This document shows, piece after piece, positions 43,578 through 64,000 of a stretch of 64,000 bases of DNA (positions within the stretch are counted from its first letter, which is position 1; every line of letters starts with the position of its first letter). The notes under the pieces were generated by a model. The model had not been told where the DNA came from and did no database searches. It was given only the letters and a program-made list of their open reading frames with translations. The DNA is from the human T2T-CHM13v2.0 reference genome, Homo sapiens: NCBI RefSeq assembly GCF_009914755.1, contig NC_060933.1. One strand, 5' to 3'. A program made the position numbers and the translations under genes.

Positions 43578-44179
43578 AAAATAAGATGCTCAAAGTATGA
43601 TTTCACAAATCACATGGTTATTGCCATGCAAGGAGAATTTGTTTTCTTAAGTTCACAATGCTCGAAAAGGAGAAGAATAATGTGAACAAATCTACAGGGA
43701 ATACACTCAAAAGATGAAGCACATTAACCACAGAGGGAGTGAGTTCCAAATATTAAAGTCTAGTTCCTGAAGTAGAAATAGAAGCAGACCTCTGTGGAAA
43801 GGCAAATCGAATGAAAGTTTGAGGTGCACCTTTTTTTCAAGCGAATTCTCTGGAGAGATGGTGTCTGACACCATGGAGATCCTCAAAGACACCTAGGGTC
43901 CCTTGACACCAGTGGGTGGTGCCAGTGATGCAGGTGAGTCTTCAAAGCTCAGCGGCTGACAGGGTGGGGCGCTGTTGCTGCATGAGTTCAGCCTTCCAAG
44001 AAGTGACTGGCAGGGCAGCCCTGTCACAGAATATGCTCTCCATTTTTGGAGAAGTGGCTGAGACTTACTGAAGTTCTCAAAGTGTTCATCGAGCTCTTAT
44101 GTTTATATGTATTTTGAAATCCAGTGGTTGAGGTCAGTAACTCACATATGATGGGTCTGATGAGCTCTGACATTGCATT

Positions 44180-44486
44180 CTTTTTCCCCCACCAAGACGG
44201 TGTCTTGCTCTCTCACCCAGGCTGGAGTGCAGTGGTGTGATCTCAGCTCACTGCAACCTCTGCCTCCTGGGTTCAAGTGATTCTGCTGCCTCAGCCTCCT
44301 GAGTAGCTGGGATTACAGGCGCACGCCACCACACCCGGCTAATTTTGTATTTTCAGTAGAGACGGGGTCTACCATGTTGGCCAGGATGGTCTCAAACTGC
44401 CTGCTCTCAAACTCCTGACCTCATGATCCTCCGTCCTCGGCCACCCAAAGTGCTGGGATTACAGGCAGAAGCCACCGCGCCCGGCA
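44180..44486 (-). mobile_element. AluS
   Basis: Reverse Alu; TSD gaca(tt/cc)gcattctt; small internal duplication of ctcaaact. Confidence 0.9.
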
Positions 44487-45749
44487 GACACCGCATTCTT
44501 GAGGGCTGGAGGGAGCACAATCTAAGTTCTTGTTACAGCAAAACATAGCAAACTATGTAAGTCTTTGGAATAATTCCAAAACTACATAACAGACATGAGC
44601 TCCAAGCTTACTGATTTATGTGTGTGCCTTCTCTGAGGAATATCTTTTGGTTATCCTTGTGCAACATGGCACATATTTTTCAAAGTGAATGAGAGTTAAT
44701 GAGAAAATTAAATTATAAAAATATTATGGCAATGAGGTGGATCATCGCAGTGTTCAAGCTACAGATAAAAAAATGACATGCCCTCCAACTTTCATTCTCT
44801 TATTTTTCAGTAATATTCAAAATATTTATTGCGAAAGTTACCATTTCAATGATGAAATTAAGATGCCTTTCAGTTCAAGTTTGGCAATTTTACATATTTC
44901 ATGTGAAACTCTGATTCGAAATGTTGCTGGGGGTCTTTAGTATTGCATATGAATAATAAAAATCAAATTTGCTATTTATATTGAAATAAGATATACAGTA
45001 TTTTATATGGCAAATGTTTCTCTTCCTTTTAAGAGAAGAAGAGAAATATTAAGGTGGCTATTACTCAAGTGAATCCTACTTAAAAGTAACTTTCTAATAG
45101 TTGAGAAGTCACTTATGCATACCTACATGAGGAAGAAAGTTGAATTGACTGTCATTCATTCAGCCCAGTGGGACATCAAACTCTCCAAACCTTTCACAGT
45201 AGGAAAACAAAGCCAGGCCTCCTTAACTATGCTACATGGCAAGTCAAAACATGAACATAATATCTGAAAAAGCCTGAAAAACATCTCTGGCTAACTAGAT
45301 CTCATTGCAGGCAGTGAGAGAGTGGTGGCAAATGTGAACATGTCTGTGTGGGGTGGTGGCAGGGGAATTGGAATATACGAATCCAAGGAAAACTGACTCT
45401 TGGCAAATTACTTGTTTTGGTGCTCCTCTTCATTTTTTTTATTATGGTAGAAGACTTTGTATACAAATTTCTCACTGTACAAAAAACAAGTTCTTCAGTT
45501 ATTGCATTTCTGCAATATATTAAAATACACGAGAAAATCACATTAAAAAGAGGCATGATTATAGAAACAAAATGTTATTGCAATACGATATCAACTTATA
45601 ATTCATAATTATATTTGTAAATATCAAATTTTAAGTAATTTATGAGAAATTGGAGCCAAAGCTTTTCATACTTACTTTAGTGTTTTTCTAAAGGAAAAAC
45701 GTGGTGAAAGAATTGTAGAGAAGACACAGCTTATCATTAATCCATTTGT

Positions 45750-46050
45750 CTTGATACTTAACACAGTATTGGTGGCACATTGGTTCCAGGACTCCCTGGG
45801 GATACCAAAACCCATGGATGCTTGAGTTCCTTATGTAAATGATGAAGTATTTGCATGTAACCCACACATACACTGTCTCTTTAAATAATCTCTGGATTAC
45901 TTATAATTCCCAATGCAATGTAAACACTATATAAATCGTTGTTTTACATACTGTTTTAAAATTTGTGTTATTTTTAATTTTTGAAGATATTTTATCCATG
46001 ACTGGATGAATCCATGGATGTAGAACCTATGGATAGGAAGGTCTGACTGT
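45750..46050 (+). mobile_element. MER2 (TcMar-Tigger MITE)
   Basis: 'ttggttccaggactccc..gataccaaaacccatggatgct..tctggattacttataat..gaatccatggatgtagaacctatggata..gactgta'. Confidence 0.82.
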
Positions 46051-47655
46051 AACTGAGCTCAGAGATTCTGGAAAAGCACTTAAGTAATCAATATTCCAGG
46101 AAAGGGGACTTAAAAAGTATCCTTGACTCTACATGAGAAGTTTTAAATACAGTTTTTTTTTTTTTCCTTTTTAGGGAGTTTGCAGGTCAGGTACAGGCTA
46201 GACTGACATCAAGATTCTGATTCCTTTTACTTTGATTTAAAAAAGTTAGCTGATAGCAGTTTCATCATTTTAAAATGAACATGAAAGAAGAAATTGTAGA
46301 GGTAATGCAATAATTAAAATTATGACTTTCTAGCATCAATGACTTTACATAAACATTTGATAATAAATGACTGGGAAAAAATGCCCAACCAATGATATAC
46401 ATATATACATATATATGTATGTATAAGTAAGAAGTGAAGTCAAATATAATTACAGCATTTTGTTTGGTTTTGCTTTTGTTCTTTGCTTTGCTTTTGTTTA
46501 ACAATGAGAATCTATCCAAGCTATTATTAACATTTGATTACTTAGATGTCAAGTTTTGCTTTTAGTTCATAAGGAAACATAGTCGATTTTATCGCTGGAT
46601 ACTACTGGTAGAAACTTTGAATTGATATTTCAGTGAAAACCAATTTTCATTGAATTGTCAAACCACAAATGCTATATATAATAGCAATTTAGAACAAGAA
46701 AAACAACCTGATTTTGATTAAAATGAGGATAAATAATGAAAAGTCACCACAAAATAAATTTTACTCTGTTGCTGGCTTTTGAAGAAAATCATTTAGATAT
46801 TAAATCTATAGATAGAACATTTCTCTGCCTCATGTAATATTTTATTCTTAGTTAAAAGTTTTGAGGTATAAAGTAATGCATTGTATTTCTTTGTATATCC
46901 TCCCAGTTATAGATATCCTATGAAGCAAAGTAAATCGGGAAAGGAGATAGCAGGTGGAGTGGCAGCTTATGACATTCTATAAGTTGGTTAAAAATATTTT
47001 CCTCTTAGTATATAAATCTTGGAATTGATCTCTTAACCTTTTTGGTAGCACTAACAGGTGGTTTATTTTATGAGTTTTTTCCCTTGGTTTCCCTTTGCTT
47101 CCTGTGTTTTTATCACAAAGTTACTCTTCATTTGAATGCTTCTATTGGAAGAAATTGTTAGGTTAACAAAATGCAAGGAGACAAGTCATCCTGTCAGGTA
47201 CAGAATTCAGTGCTGTCAAATTTCTTGTATTGGGGAAAATTTTAGGTAGGTGGAAGAAAAACCTTTCCCTTCACATAACAGATCAAAAGTGTCATGTCAC
47301 AAGCATGAGAACCATTTGTCATGCTGAAAGAAACTTCTTTTCTTAAGTTTATGAATAATTACATCATGAGTGACAATCAAGATAAAAACTGTAGTTTTAT
47401 CTAAGTGCACATGTAATCATGAGTAAAGTGCTTCCTGAAAGACGAGCAAGTATATTGCTTGAAAAATAACCTTACACTTATCTGTCTCACTTAGCAATCA
47501 AGCACACTGAAACATGTTATTCTTCTAATAATTCAGGCAAGAAAAAATGTGATCAAAGTATGTGTAAAATTCATAGCTTCTGTCTATGTCTTCATCAGTG
47601 GTCAACCCAGAAACTTTCATTTAATGAGACAACTAAGATTAAGTTTGGAATAAAA

Positions 47656-47751
47656 GAACTGTATGAATTAATTTTAGAATGCTATATTATTTGTCTTCTG
47701 ACTTATGAACTGTATGAATTAATTTTAGAATGCTATATTATTTGTCTTCTG
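47656..47751. repeat. Perfect 45-bp direct duplication with 6-bp spacer
   Basis: gaactgtatgaattaattttagaatgctatattatttgtcttctg at 47656-47700 and 47707-47751. Confidence 0.95.
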
Positions 47752-47889
47752 CCTTCATTTAATTCTTATGGAATTTGAATTTTTCAGAAAAAGTGGTTCT
47801 GAGCAAGTGCTGCAGTGGATACAAGATAACTGGATCCTAGCACTGGCTCTTCCATTTACAAGTTGCACGATAGACTGTGACAAGGCATC

Positions 47890-50538
47890 TGATATGGTTT
47901 GGCTCTTCTCTGTGTCCCCACCCAAATCTCACGTTGAATTGTAATCCCCAATGTTGGGGGAGGGAACTGGTGGGAGGTAACTGGATCCTGGGGGAAGATT
48001 TCCCCCTTGCTGTTCTTGTGATAATGGGTTCTCTCAAGATCTAGTTGTTTAAAAGTGTGTAGCACCACCCCCTTCACTCTCTCTCCTGCTGGCCAAGTGA
48101 ATATGTGCTTGCTTCCTCTTCACTTTATGCCATGTTTGTAAGTTTTCTGAGGCCTCCCCAGCCATGCCTCCTGCACAGCGTATGGAACTGAGAGTCAATT
48201 AAGCCTCTTTTTAAAAATAAATTACCCAGTCTCAGGTAGTTCTTTATAGCAATAAACTAATACAGAAAATTGGTAGCAGAGAAGTGGGACATTGCAATAA
48301 AGATACCTGAAAATGTGGAAGTGACTTTGGAACCGGGTAGCAGGCAGAGGTTGAAACAGTTTGCAGGGATCAGAAGAAGACAGGAAGATAAGGGAAAGTT
48401 TGGAACTTCCTAGAGACTTGTTGCATGGTTGTGACCAAAATGCTGATAGTGATACGGACAGTGAAGTCCAGGCTGAAGTGATCTCAGATAGAGATGAGGA
48501 ACTTATTGGGAACTGGAGTAAAGGTCAATCTTGCTATGCTTTAGCAAAGAGACTGATGGCATTGTGCCCCTGCTCTAGGGATCTATGGAAATTTGAACTT
48601 GAGAGAGGTGGTTTAGGGTATCTGTTGGAAGAAATTTCTAAGCAGCAAAGCATTCAAGAGGTGGTCTGGCTGCTTCTAAAAGCCTATGCTTATTTGCATA
48701 AACAAAGAAATGACCTGCAACTGGGACTTACATTTAAATGGGTAGCAGAGCATAAAAGTTCAGAAAATTTGCAGCCTGGCCATGTGGTAGAAAAGAAAAC
48801 CCATCTTCTCGGGAGTAACTCAAGAAGGCTGCAGAAATTTGCATAAGTAAAGAGGAGCCGAATGTTAATAGCCAAGACAAGGGGGAAAATGCCTCTGAGA
48901 TATTTCAGAGAACTTCAAGGCAACCCCTCCCATCACAGGCCTGGATGCAAAAATGGTTTTGTGGGCCAGGCTCAGGGACCCACTGCTCTGTGCAGCCTAG
49001 GGACATGGCACCCTGCATCATGGAGACTTCAGCTGCAGCATTGGCTAAAAGGGGCAAGATGCAGCTTGTCCATTGCTTCAGAGGGTGTAAGCCCCAAGCC
49101 TTGGTGACTTCCACATTGTGTTGGGCCTGCAGGTGTGCAGAAGGCAAGAGTTGAGGTTTGGGAGCCTCTACCTAGGTTTAAGGAGATGTGTGGATGTCCA
49201 GGGAGAAGTCTGCTGCAGGGGTGGAGACCTCATGGAGATCATCTAGTAGGGCAGTGCAGGAGGGAAATGTGGGGATGGAGGCCCCACGCAGAGTCCCCAC
49301 TGGGGCACTGCCTAGTGAAACTATGAGAAGAGGGCCACTGTCCTCCAGATCCCAGAATGGTAGATCTGCTGACAGTTTGCACCATGTGCTTGGAAAAGCC
49401 ACAGGCACTCAATTCCAGCCTGTGAAAGCAGCCGTGGGGGCTGTATGCTGCAAAGCTACAGGGGCAGAACTTTCCAAGGCCTTCGGAGGCCACCCAGTGC
49501 ATTAGTGTATCCTGGATGTGAGACAAAGTCAAAGGAGATTATTATGAAGGTTTAAAATATAATGACTCCCCTGCTGGATTTCAGACTAGCATGGGATGTG
49601 TAGCCCTTTTGTTTTGGCCAATTTCTCTCATTTGGAATGGGAGCATTTACACAATGACTGTACCCTTATTGGATCTTGGAAGTACGTAATTTGTTTTTGG
49701 TTTTATAGGCTCATAGGTGGAAAGGACTTGCCTTGTTCCAGATGACACTTTGGACTTGGACTTTTGAGTTAATACTGGAAGGAGTTAAGACTTTGGAGGA
49801 CTTTTGGGAAGGCATGCTTGTGTTTTGAAATGTGAGAAGGACATGAGATTTGGCAGGGACTAGTGGTGGCATAATATGGTTTGGCTATGTGTTGCCACCA
49901 AAATCTCATGTTGAACTGGGACCTGGTGGGAGCTGATTAGATGATGGGAGCAGATTCCCCCTTGCTGTTCTCATGATAATGAGTGAGTTATCATGAGACC
50001 TGATGTTTTAAAAATGTGTGGCACTTCCCCCTTCACTCTTTCTCTCCTGCTCTGCTATGGTAAGACATGCTTGCTTCCCCTTCACCTTCTACCATGATTG
50101 TAAGTTTCCTGAGGCTTCCTAGTTATTCTTCCTGTACAGCTTGTGGAACTTTGAGTCAATTAAACCTCTTTTCTTCATAAATTACCCAGTCTCACTGGGC
50201 ACGGTGGCTCATGCCTGTACTCCCAGCACTTTGGGAGGCTAAGGTGGGTGGATCATGAGGTCAAGAGATTGAGACCATCCTGGCCAACATGGTGGAAAAC
50301 CTGTGTCTACTAAAAATACAAAAATTAGCTGAGTGTGTTGGCATGTGCCTGCACTCCCAGCTACTCAGGAGGCTGAGGCAGGAGAATTACTAGAACCCAG
50401 AAGGCAGAGGTTGCAGTGAGCCAAGACTGTGCCACTGCTCTCCAGCCTGGCTACAGAATGAGACTCCATCTCAAAAAAAAAAAAAAATTCCCCAGTCTTG
50501 GGCAGTCCTTTATAGAAGTGTGAGAATGGACTAATACA
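47890..50538 (+). mobile_element. Full-length MST (A-like) MaLR: LTR 47890-48264, internal, LTR 49872-50538
   Basis: Two LTRs; internal ORF remnant (SLELPRDLLHGCDQNADSD..); TSD gcatc/gcaac. Confidence 0.93.
50194..50487 (+). mobile_element. AluSc-like inserted in the MST 3' LTR
   Basis: TSD aatt(a/c)cccagtct. Confidence 0.9.
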
Positions 50539-53500
50539 GCAACTATTCTTCTGTGTCTGTTTATTCATCTGTAAAATTGAGGAGATTGGAATAAATGATC
50601 CCTCTATATCCTTTCTACCTTTGATGCTGTATGAATCCAGGTTAAAGTGTGTGGTACAATTTAAGAAGGCTCCTTTTAATATTTTTATATCCGTTAAGGA
50701 CTCTTAGCTCAGAACTTCAGTATTATTCAATGACTCTCTCTTTCTGTCTTCCTCCTTCTCTCTCTTTACCCTCATTCAGATCAACATATAGAACATTTCC
50801 ATTACCTAGGAAGTTTCCTGTGTCCTTTCCAAAACAATCTCTTATCACCATTGATTAGTTTTGCCTCTTCTTGAACATATAAATGGAATCATACAGTATG
50901 TCACCTTGTGTCTTGCTCATTTCCCTTAGCAAAATGTTTTGATATTCCTCCAATTTTTGGTAGATATTTTTAGTTCATTCCTTTCCACTGTTATGTACTC
51001 TTCCATTATATGAATGGAATTCATACAATGGATTTGTTTATCCATTCTTTTATTGATGAATTTTTGGGTAATTTCCAATTGTTGGCTATGAATCTCCTGT
51101 ATTAGCTTTGCAGCTGTAATGAAACTTTTAGTCATTTCCCTCAAGATCACAATATGTTCTCTTAAGTTATTAGTACTTTGGCCACTTCCCAAAGAATGCA
51201 AGATCCTTACAAGTTTACTTCCATGTATTTGTGTATCTCTCACCCTTGTGCCATTGTTGTAATACACTTTTTTATTGCATTTTATATTTCTACAAGATAT
51301 TATTGTAGTTTTAAAAAGCTTTCATTACTATTTACTCATGTTTGCCCTTTCTCTGCACTTCATTTATTCTTGCATTCCCCCCTGCTGCTTTTGTTTTCTG
51401 GTTTTTGATTGCCAATAAGAGCTACAGAAAATCATGAAATATTTCTTTTGTTTCTATATTTAATGTTTAATTGTTTTTGTGCTTATTGTTAGTAACTTTT
51501 TGAAACACCTTTCATTCCTTTAAGTAGAGAGGCTCTTCAGCCAAATTTTTATTCCTTAATATTTCCTTTTTCTTCCAGACATTTTGTTGTTGATGAGAGC
51601 AGAAAAGATTTCCCTTTTTGGAAAACATTATCGGGCAAAATATTTTATGGGCCAATGCCTCCATAACCTGAAACAATTGAAAGAATTCTGGATTGAAATG
51701 ATAGAAATTGTATTGGTTTCTGGATTTCTTGCTGTAGATTTTTTTAAGAGAAAAAATGTATTAAATCTGTTTTTAAAGTTACTAAGCAACTCTACTAAAA
51801 ATTGTCATGCAAGTGAAAATTGTCCTCAGCTTCTTAGGCTACCATGTGACATTTACTTCACTACTAAGCTTCACCCAAATCACGCTTTTCCCATCCCTTT
51901 CTTGCCTGAGATGCTTAATGTTTTTTCTCCTTTTTTTCTGTGAAAACCAAAGTATATTTGTTTTTCCATGCTAAGAGTTGATAAAATATTGTCCCACTGA
52001 GGCATAAATTAGTAAGAATATGCCAACTATTAGTACTCCCAGTTGGTTTTATTTTTTTCATTACATTTTAGTAGGAAAAATAGGTTTTAAGTTAAAAGAA
52101 AGGAACCCAAAGATGGAGTTTCAAGACATCCAATAGGAAAGACAGATAGAAATACATTTCTGTATATAGATATGTGTACTTATGTTTATACATATAAATA
52201 TATAGATATGTGTGTATGTACATATTTCTGTATGAGTCATGGTCCAGGTGTAATTTAAAACTATTTATGGAAATATTACATAAAGCACATTTATTTATTA
52301 AAAAGAAGGATTTCCATAGTGGAGTATAAAGTTCTTTAAACAGTTAATAGGAAGACTAGTCAGGACAGAATTACAAAAATTTATGTGAACCATCTCCAAG
52401 ATATGAGAGAATTACGTGCCAGGTGTACCATAAAACAAATTATATTAGTGTTGAATATTGCATATAAGAATATAACATAATTATGAATATAAAATATATA
52501 TTATAAATAGAATGTCATTTACCAAGGTTTTCCACATTAAATAATACTGTTTTTAACCTTAAAACATACATTGTAATAAGAGTTATGATGTTCAGAATTC
52601 TAAGTATAGCATGACAAAACCCTTCTCCTATTATTTTCTTTAAAATATATATAAAAAACTTTTGCTGCTTTTTGGTGGATAATAACACACACACATGTAC
52701 ACACACACACATGCATCCCCATTACCTTTTAATGGAACAAGGCAAGTCCTTTAATGGGGACACATGCATCCCTATTACCTTTTAACGGGACAGTCACCAT
52801 TAAACATGTCTGCAGTTATGTATTTCTAAAATCAGCTCTGTGGGTAAGAAATTTAATGTAGCTGCCGATTCTGTGCGGTTCTGGGGAAATAATAGTTTAA
52901 AATCTTCTAATTTTCCTCTAATTTCACTTCTAACTCCAACCTGTGCTCCTGAAGCAAGACGTTTTTGGACCGTCAGCAGGCAGATGAAGGCCTGAGAGTG
53001 GTAGGAGAGCTATTGTGGGCTTTCCTACCTCAGGGCTAGAGGAGGGCTTGGAGACCGGCAAAGGAAAAGATGGACCATTTCAAGTCTCAGAGCAAAAATA
53101 CTAAGAGACAAAGATGGGATGGAAAATGAAAGTGACGTGGCAATCGATAGAGGAAGTTTACACAAATCTGAAAATTCTGAAAAAGAAAAAGAAGCAGAGA
53201 CAATGAATATGCATCCAAAGAGAAGAAAACTCTGAGCAAATTAAAAATGTGAGCTGCACATTCCCATTACTGGGTATATACCCAAGGGATTATAAATCAT
53301 TCTACTCTAAAGACACATACACATGTATGTTTATTGCAACACTATTTACAATAGCAAAGACTTGGAACCAACCCAAATGCCCACCAATGATAGACTGGAT
53401 AAAGAAAATGTGGGACATACACACCATGGAATACTATGTAGCCATAAAAGAGAATGAGTTCATGTTCTTTGCAGGGACATGGATGAATCTGGAAGTCATC

Positions 53501-53698
53501 ATTCTCAGCAAACTCACACAGGAACACAAAATCAAACACTGCATGTTCTCACTCCTAAGTGGGAGCTGAACAATGAGAACACATGGACACAGGGAGGGGA
53601 ATATCACACACTGGGGCCTGTTACGGGGTTGGGGGGCAAGGGGAGGGGGTATTAGGAGAAATACCTAATGCCTGTGGGGATTACAACCTAGATGATGG

Positions 53699-54071
<373 letters not shown>

Positions 54072-54114
54072 CTACACATGTACGCCACAACTTAAAGTAA
54101 AAAAAAAAAAAAAA

Positions 54115-58380
<4,266 letters not shown>

Positions 58381-58502
58381 CATTCTCTGGAATAATTTTA
58401 GATTTACATAGAGTTGCAAAGATGGTAAAGACAGTTTCTATACACTCTTCACTTAGTTTCTTCTGATGTTAACCTCTTATGTTACCATGGCACATTTATT
58501 AA

Positions 58503-58886
<384 letters not shown>

Positions 58887-59298
58887 TAATTTCTTCTCTT
58901 TGTTCCCAGGTACCATCCAGGATCTTATATTGTGTTGTCTTCATGTCTCCTTAGTCTACTTCAATTAGGGACAATCTCTCTGTCTTTCCTGGCTTTGACA
59001 CTTTGAAGACTACTGACCAGATATTTTTTACAATGTGCATCAAATGATTTGGGTTCATCTGATGTTTCCTCTTGATTAAAGTGGGGTTGTAAATTTTGAG
59101 GAAGAATTTCACATAGTTGAAGTGACCTTCCCATTGTGTCACAGTGGTGTGAGGTAGCCATATGACTTTTCATTGTTCATGTTAACCTTGATTACTTGGC
59201 TATGTTGGTGACTTGATGGTTTCCTCCACTACAAAATTACAGTTTTTACTTTTCCATATTCCATTTCTTAAAAGTCAGTCATTAAGACCAACCTGCAA

Positions 59299-59608
59299 GA
59301 CTGGGCACAGTGGCTCATGTCTGTAATTCCAGGACTTTGAGAGACCAAGGTGGGCAGATTGCTTGAGCCCAGAAGTTCAAAACCAGCCTGGACAACATGG
59401 TGAAACCCCATCTCTACAAAGGTACAAAAATTAGCCAGGTGTGGTGGAGTGCACCTGTAGTCTCAGCAATGTGGGAGGCTGAGGTGGGAGGATCACTTGA
59501 GTCTGGGATGTTGGGGTTGCAGTGAGCTGTGATTGTGCCAATGCACTTCGGCCTGGATGACAGAGGAAGACCTTATCTCAAAAACAAAAACCCAAACCAC
59601 AAAAACAA
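59299..59608 (+). mobile_element. AluJ
   Basis: 'ttgcttgagcccagaagttc', 'gaggatcacttgag'; TSD aagac(c/t)aac(c/t)tgcaag. Confidence 0.9.
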
Positions 59609-60487
59609 GACTAACTTGCAAGCCACATGAGGGGAATTCAACTTCACCTTAATTCAAAATTGCCAGAGTAATTAACAAATATTTAATGAATTTTTCATTG
59701 GTTATAGAATTCTGGGTTGATAGGTTTTTTAAAAGTCTTTTATGACTTCAAAAGTGTCACTTCGTTTCTTGCTTGCATGGTTTCTGATATGAAACCATTC
59801 TTAATCCATTCTTAACCTTGTTTCTTGTTTGATAATGTCTTTTTTCCTCTAGCTTCCTCAAGATGTTTCTCTTTTGAGAAAAATGAGAGATTTTCAGTTT
59901 TTGTGTTGATTTCTCTTTGTCTCTGGTTTTCAGCAATTTGAACACATTCCATGTCACTTTAAGAGTTCTTCATCGGGGTCACTGGACACATGTGTCACAA
60001 TTAACAAAGGGGAATACATTCTCCAAATGTTTTCTGTTTCCCCAGGAAGCCAGCTGGAAATACAACAAAATGCCTCTCCCTCTCCTTTAGCAAAACACAT
60101 GTCAGAGCAATGCAAGATTTGATTGGGACTGCTTTACTTCGTTAACATTACAGTGACCTGTTTTTCTTTCTAGTAACAACCCAGTAATAGTTCTTAAATT
60201 ATTTGGAGATAAATATATGTAATGGTAATTTTCATTTAAATTTTGCTATATGGTAGCTTAGAGCATCTTACCTGTACACAGTTCCAAACGCAGAAAACCT
60301 AAATTAAATTAACATATAAAAAATTAACATAGATGTACCATTACAGTTTCTCAAAACCATCATAAATGGCTCTATTTTACATCTCTGAGCTCTTATATGA
60401 TGTTTCCTTTAACTATGTCATAAGACCTAAGGCTATGGTTTGAAATATATACCTACTATAAAAAAGTAAGCCTTCCTGCTAGTGTCA

Positions 60488-62176
<1,689 letters not shown>

Positions 62177-62299
62177 GGAAACCCTATTTTTAAATGCATA
62201 TTTGCATTCATAATAACCCGTGAATACATACATCTATTGATCTATGTATTCATGCATCCCTATATGTAAATGTCTGTTCAAAATGCCACTATATATATA

Positions 62300-62650
62300 T
62301 TTATATATTAAACTTTTATTTTAAGTTTGGGTTACATGGGCAGGTTTGTTATATAGGTAAACGCGTGTCATAGGGGTTTGTTGTAGAGATTATTTCATCA
62401 CTCAGGTATTAAGCCTAGTAACCAATAGTTATTTTTTGTACCCCTTTCCCTCCTCCCACCCTCCACTCTCAGGTACGCCCCGTTTATCTCCCACTTGTAG
62501 GTGAGAAGATGTGGTATTTTGTTTTCAGTTTCTGTGTTAGTTTGCTAAGGATAATGGCCTCCAGCTTCATCATGTTCCTGAAAAGGACATGATCTCGTTC
62601 TTTTTTATGGTTGCATAGTATTCCACTATTCCACGGTGTGTATGTACCAC
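62300..62650 (-). mobile_element. Older L1PA 3' end with internal deletion
   Basis: 'caggtttgttatataggtaaacgcgtgtcat..ttatttcatcactcaggtattaagcctagta'. Confidence 0.85.
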
Positions 62651-63604
62651 AATATGTTAAATTTTAGTTTATTACAACTTATATGCAACATACAATGGCA
62701 AGATGAATCAGATCAGAAGATAAACAATTGAGTGTGAAAAGACAGCAGTTTTTTTCCTGTTTTATTCTCTGCAGATGTAATTTTCAACGAGAATACATTT
62801 TATTGCATTAGTAGTGCTTTTAGAAGAGACATCTATATGATGCCCAGGCTGGACTTGAACTCATGGTCTTAAGCGATGCTCCCTCCTAAGCTTCCCAAAG
62901 TGGTAAATTGTACTTCCTGAGGGCATAGAAAAGAGACATAGAAGCAAGTGAAATTGGTATTACCCTTTTTTCTGTTATTCTTTATTAGTAAAACAAATTA
63001 GGTTTTTCTTTCCTTGGTTTTCATGTGTCCAAGCTCCTTTCTCTTTCATTTCACATGTGCACAAATATAATAACATACACTTTTGAACATCAAAAGTTGA
63101 ATGATGAAAGAGTATTCATGAGCCCAAATCAACCTGCACATGACTTTTTTTTTATTCCTCTGAGAGTTAGCCTGTGGAAAGGTGGCAGGGTTTCACTGCA
63201 TTATCCCCTGGAGATGGAAAGGTCAATTACAACATGTGTAATTGCTTCAGTCCTGATTTTCTACCTACACTTTCTGCTTCGGGGTTGTTTCACCTGACCA
63301 AGGAAGTTTCTGTGGCAGCAGGTCCTAGCTCTCTCGACCAGGTCCACTGACAAAGCCACTTTGCTGAGTGGCCAATTTGCTGATGACTGTTTTGTTAAAT
63401 TTGTTTCTGCTATTTAAGGTTGACTTTTTTTCTTGTGTCATAGTCTCAGCAAATGTGAAGGGATGTCTGGTCTATCTCTGACCTGGCTTTCTGCTTTGAC
63501 AGATGGAAGCTAAAAGAAAAAAGGAAAAACTGATGGTGCAAAAGATAAACATATTTATATGAGTTTATTCTTGAATAAAATGATTTATTTTTAAAATATA
63601 TTCT

Positions 63605-63981
63605 TGATATGATTTGGCTGTGTCCCCACCCAAATCTCATCTTAACTTGTGGTTCCCATAATCCCCAGGTGTTGTGGGAAGGACCCACTGGGAGGTAATT
63701 GAATCATGGGGGCGGTTACTTCCATGCTGCTGTTCTCATAATGGTGAGTGAGTTCTCACGAGAACTGATGGTTTTATAAGGGGCTTTTCCCCCATTTGCT
63801 CAGCACTTCTCCTTTCTGCCATCATGTGAAGAAGGACATGTTTGCTTCCCCTTCTGCCATGATTTTAAGTTTCCTGAGGCCTCCCCAGCCATGCTGAACT
63901 GTGAGTCAATTAAACCTCCCTTTTACAAATTACCGAGTCTCGGGTATGCCTTTATTAGCAGCGTGAGAACGGACTAATACG
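63605..63981 (+). mobile_element. THE1 (C/D-like) solo LTR
   Basis: tgatatgatttggctgtgtccccaccc ... gagaacggactaatac; perfect TSD attct (63600-63604, 63982-63986). Confidence 0.95.
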
Positions 63982-64000
63982 ATTCTTCCGATGAATATAT

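Noticed and set aside
47656-47751. Direct repeat as a CRISPR-like array
   Set aside because: Only two copies, 6-bp spacer, eukaryotic context, no cas genes.
48361-48846. 161-aa ORF
   Set aside because: Decayed MaLR internal ORF of the MST element.

Overview
Primate (most likely human) genomic DNA, mostly interspersed repeats: old and young L1, about 20 Alu/FLAM copies, THE1/MST/MLT1 MaLR elements, two MER52 LTRs, an ERVL fragment, Tigger/MER2, MIR and L2. I find no intact protein-coding gene. Non-repeat content is: (1) a CpG-island promoter at ~9.9-10.75 kb; (2) a GC-rich, apparently 3-exon minus-strand non-coding unit at ~25.9-28.4 kb; (3) three consecutive, heavily decayed exons of an unprocessed CNTNAP3-like (Caspr family) pseudogene at 37.2-43.6 kb. 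This mosaic suggests a pericentromeric segmental-duplication block (inference; chromosome not assigned). I do not see a convincing new biological system. The best observations are evolutionary or mechanistic: the old CNTNAP3-like relic, two 5'-inverted (twin-primed) L1s of very different age, an apparent Alu-Alu gene-conversion tract, and several template-switch scars. Repeat subfamily calls and reference protein comparisons are from remembered consensus sequences, and boundaries without a TSD are approximate.
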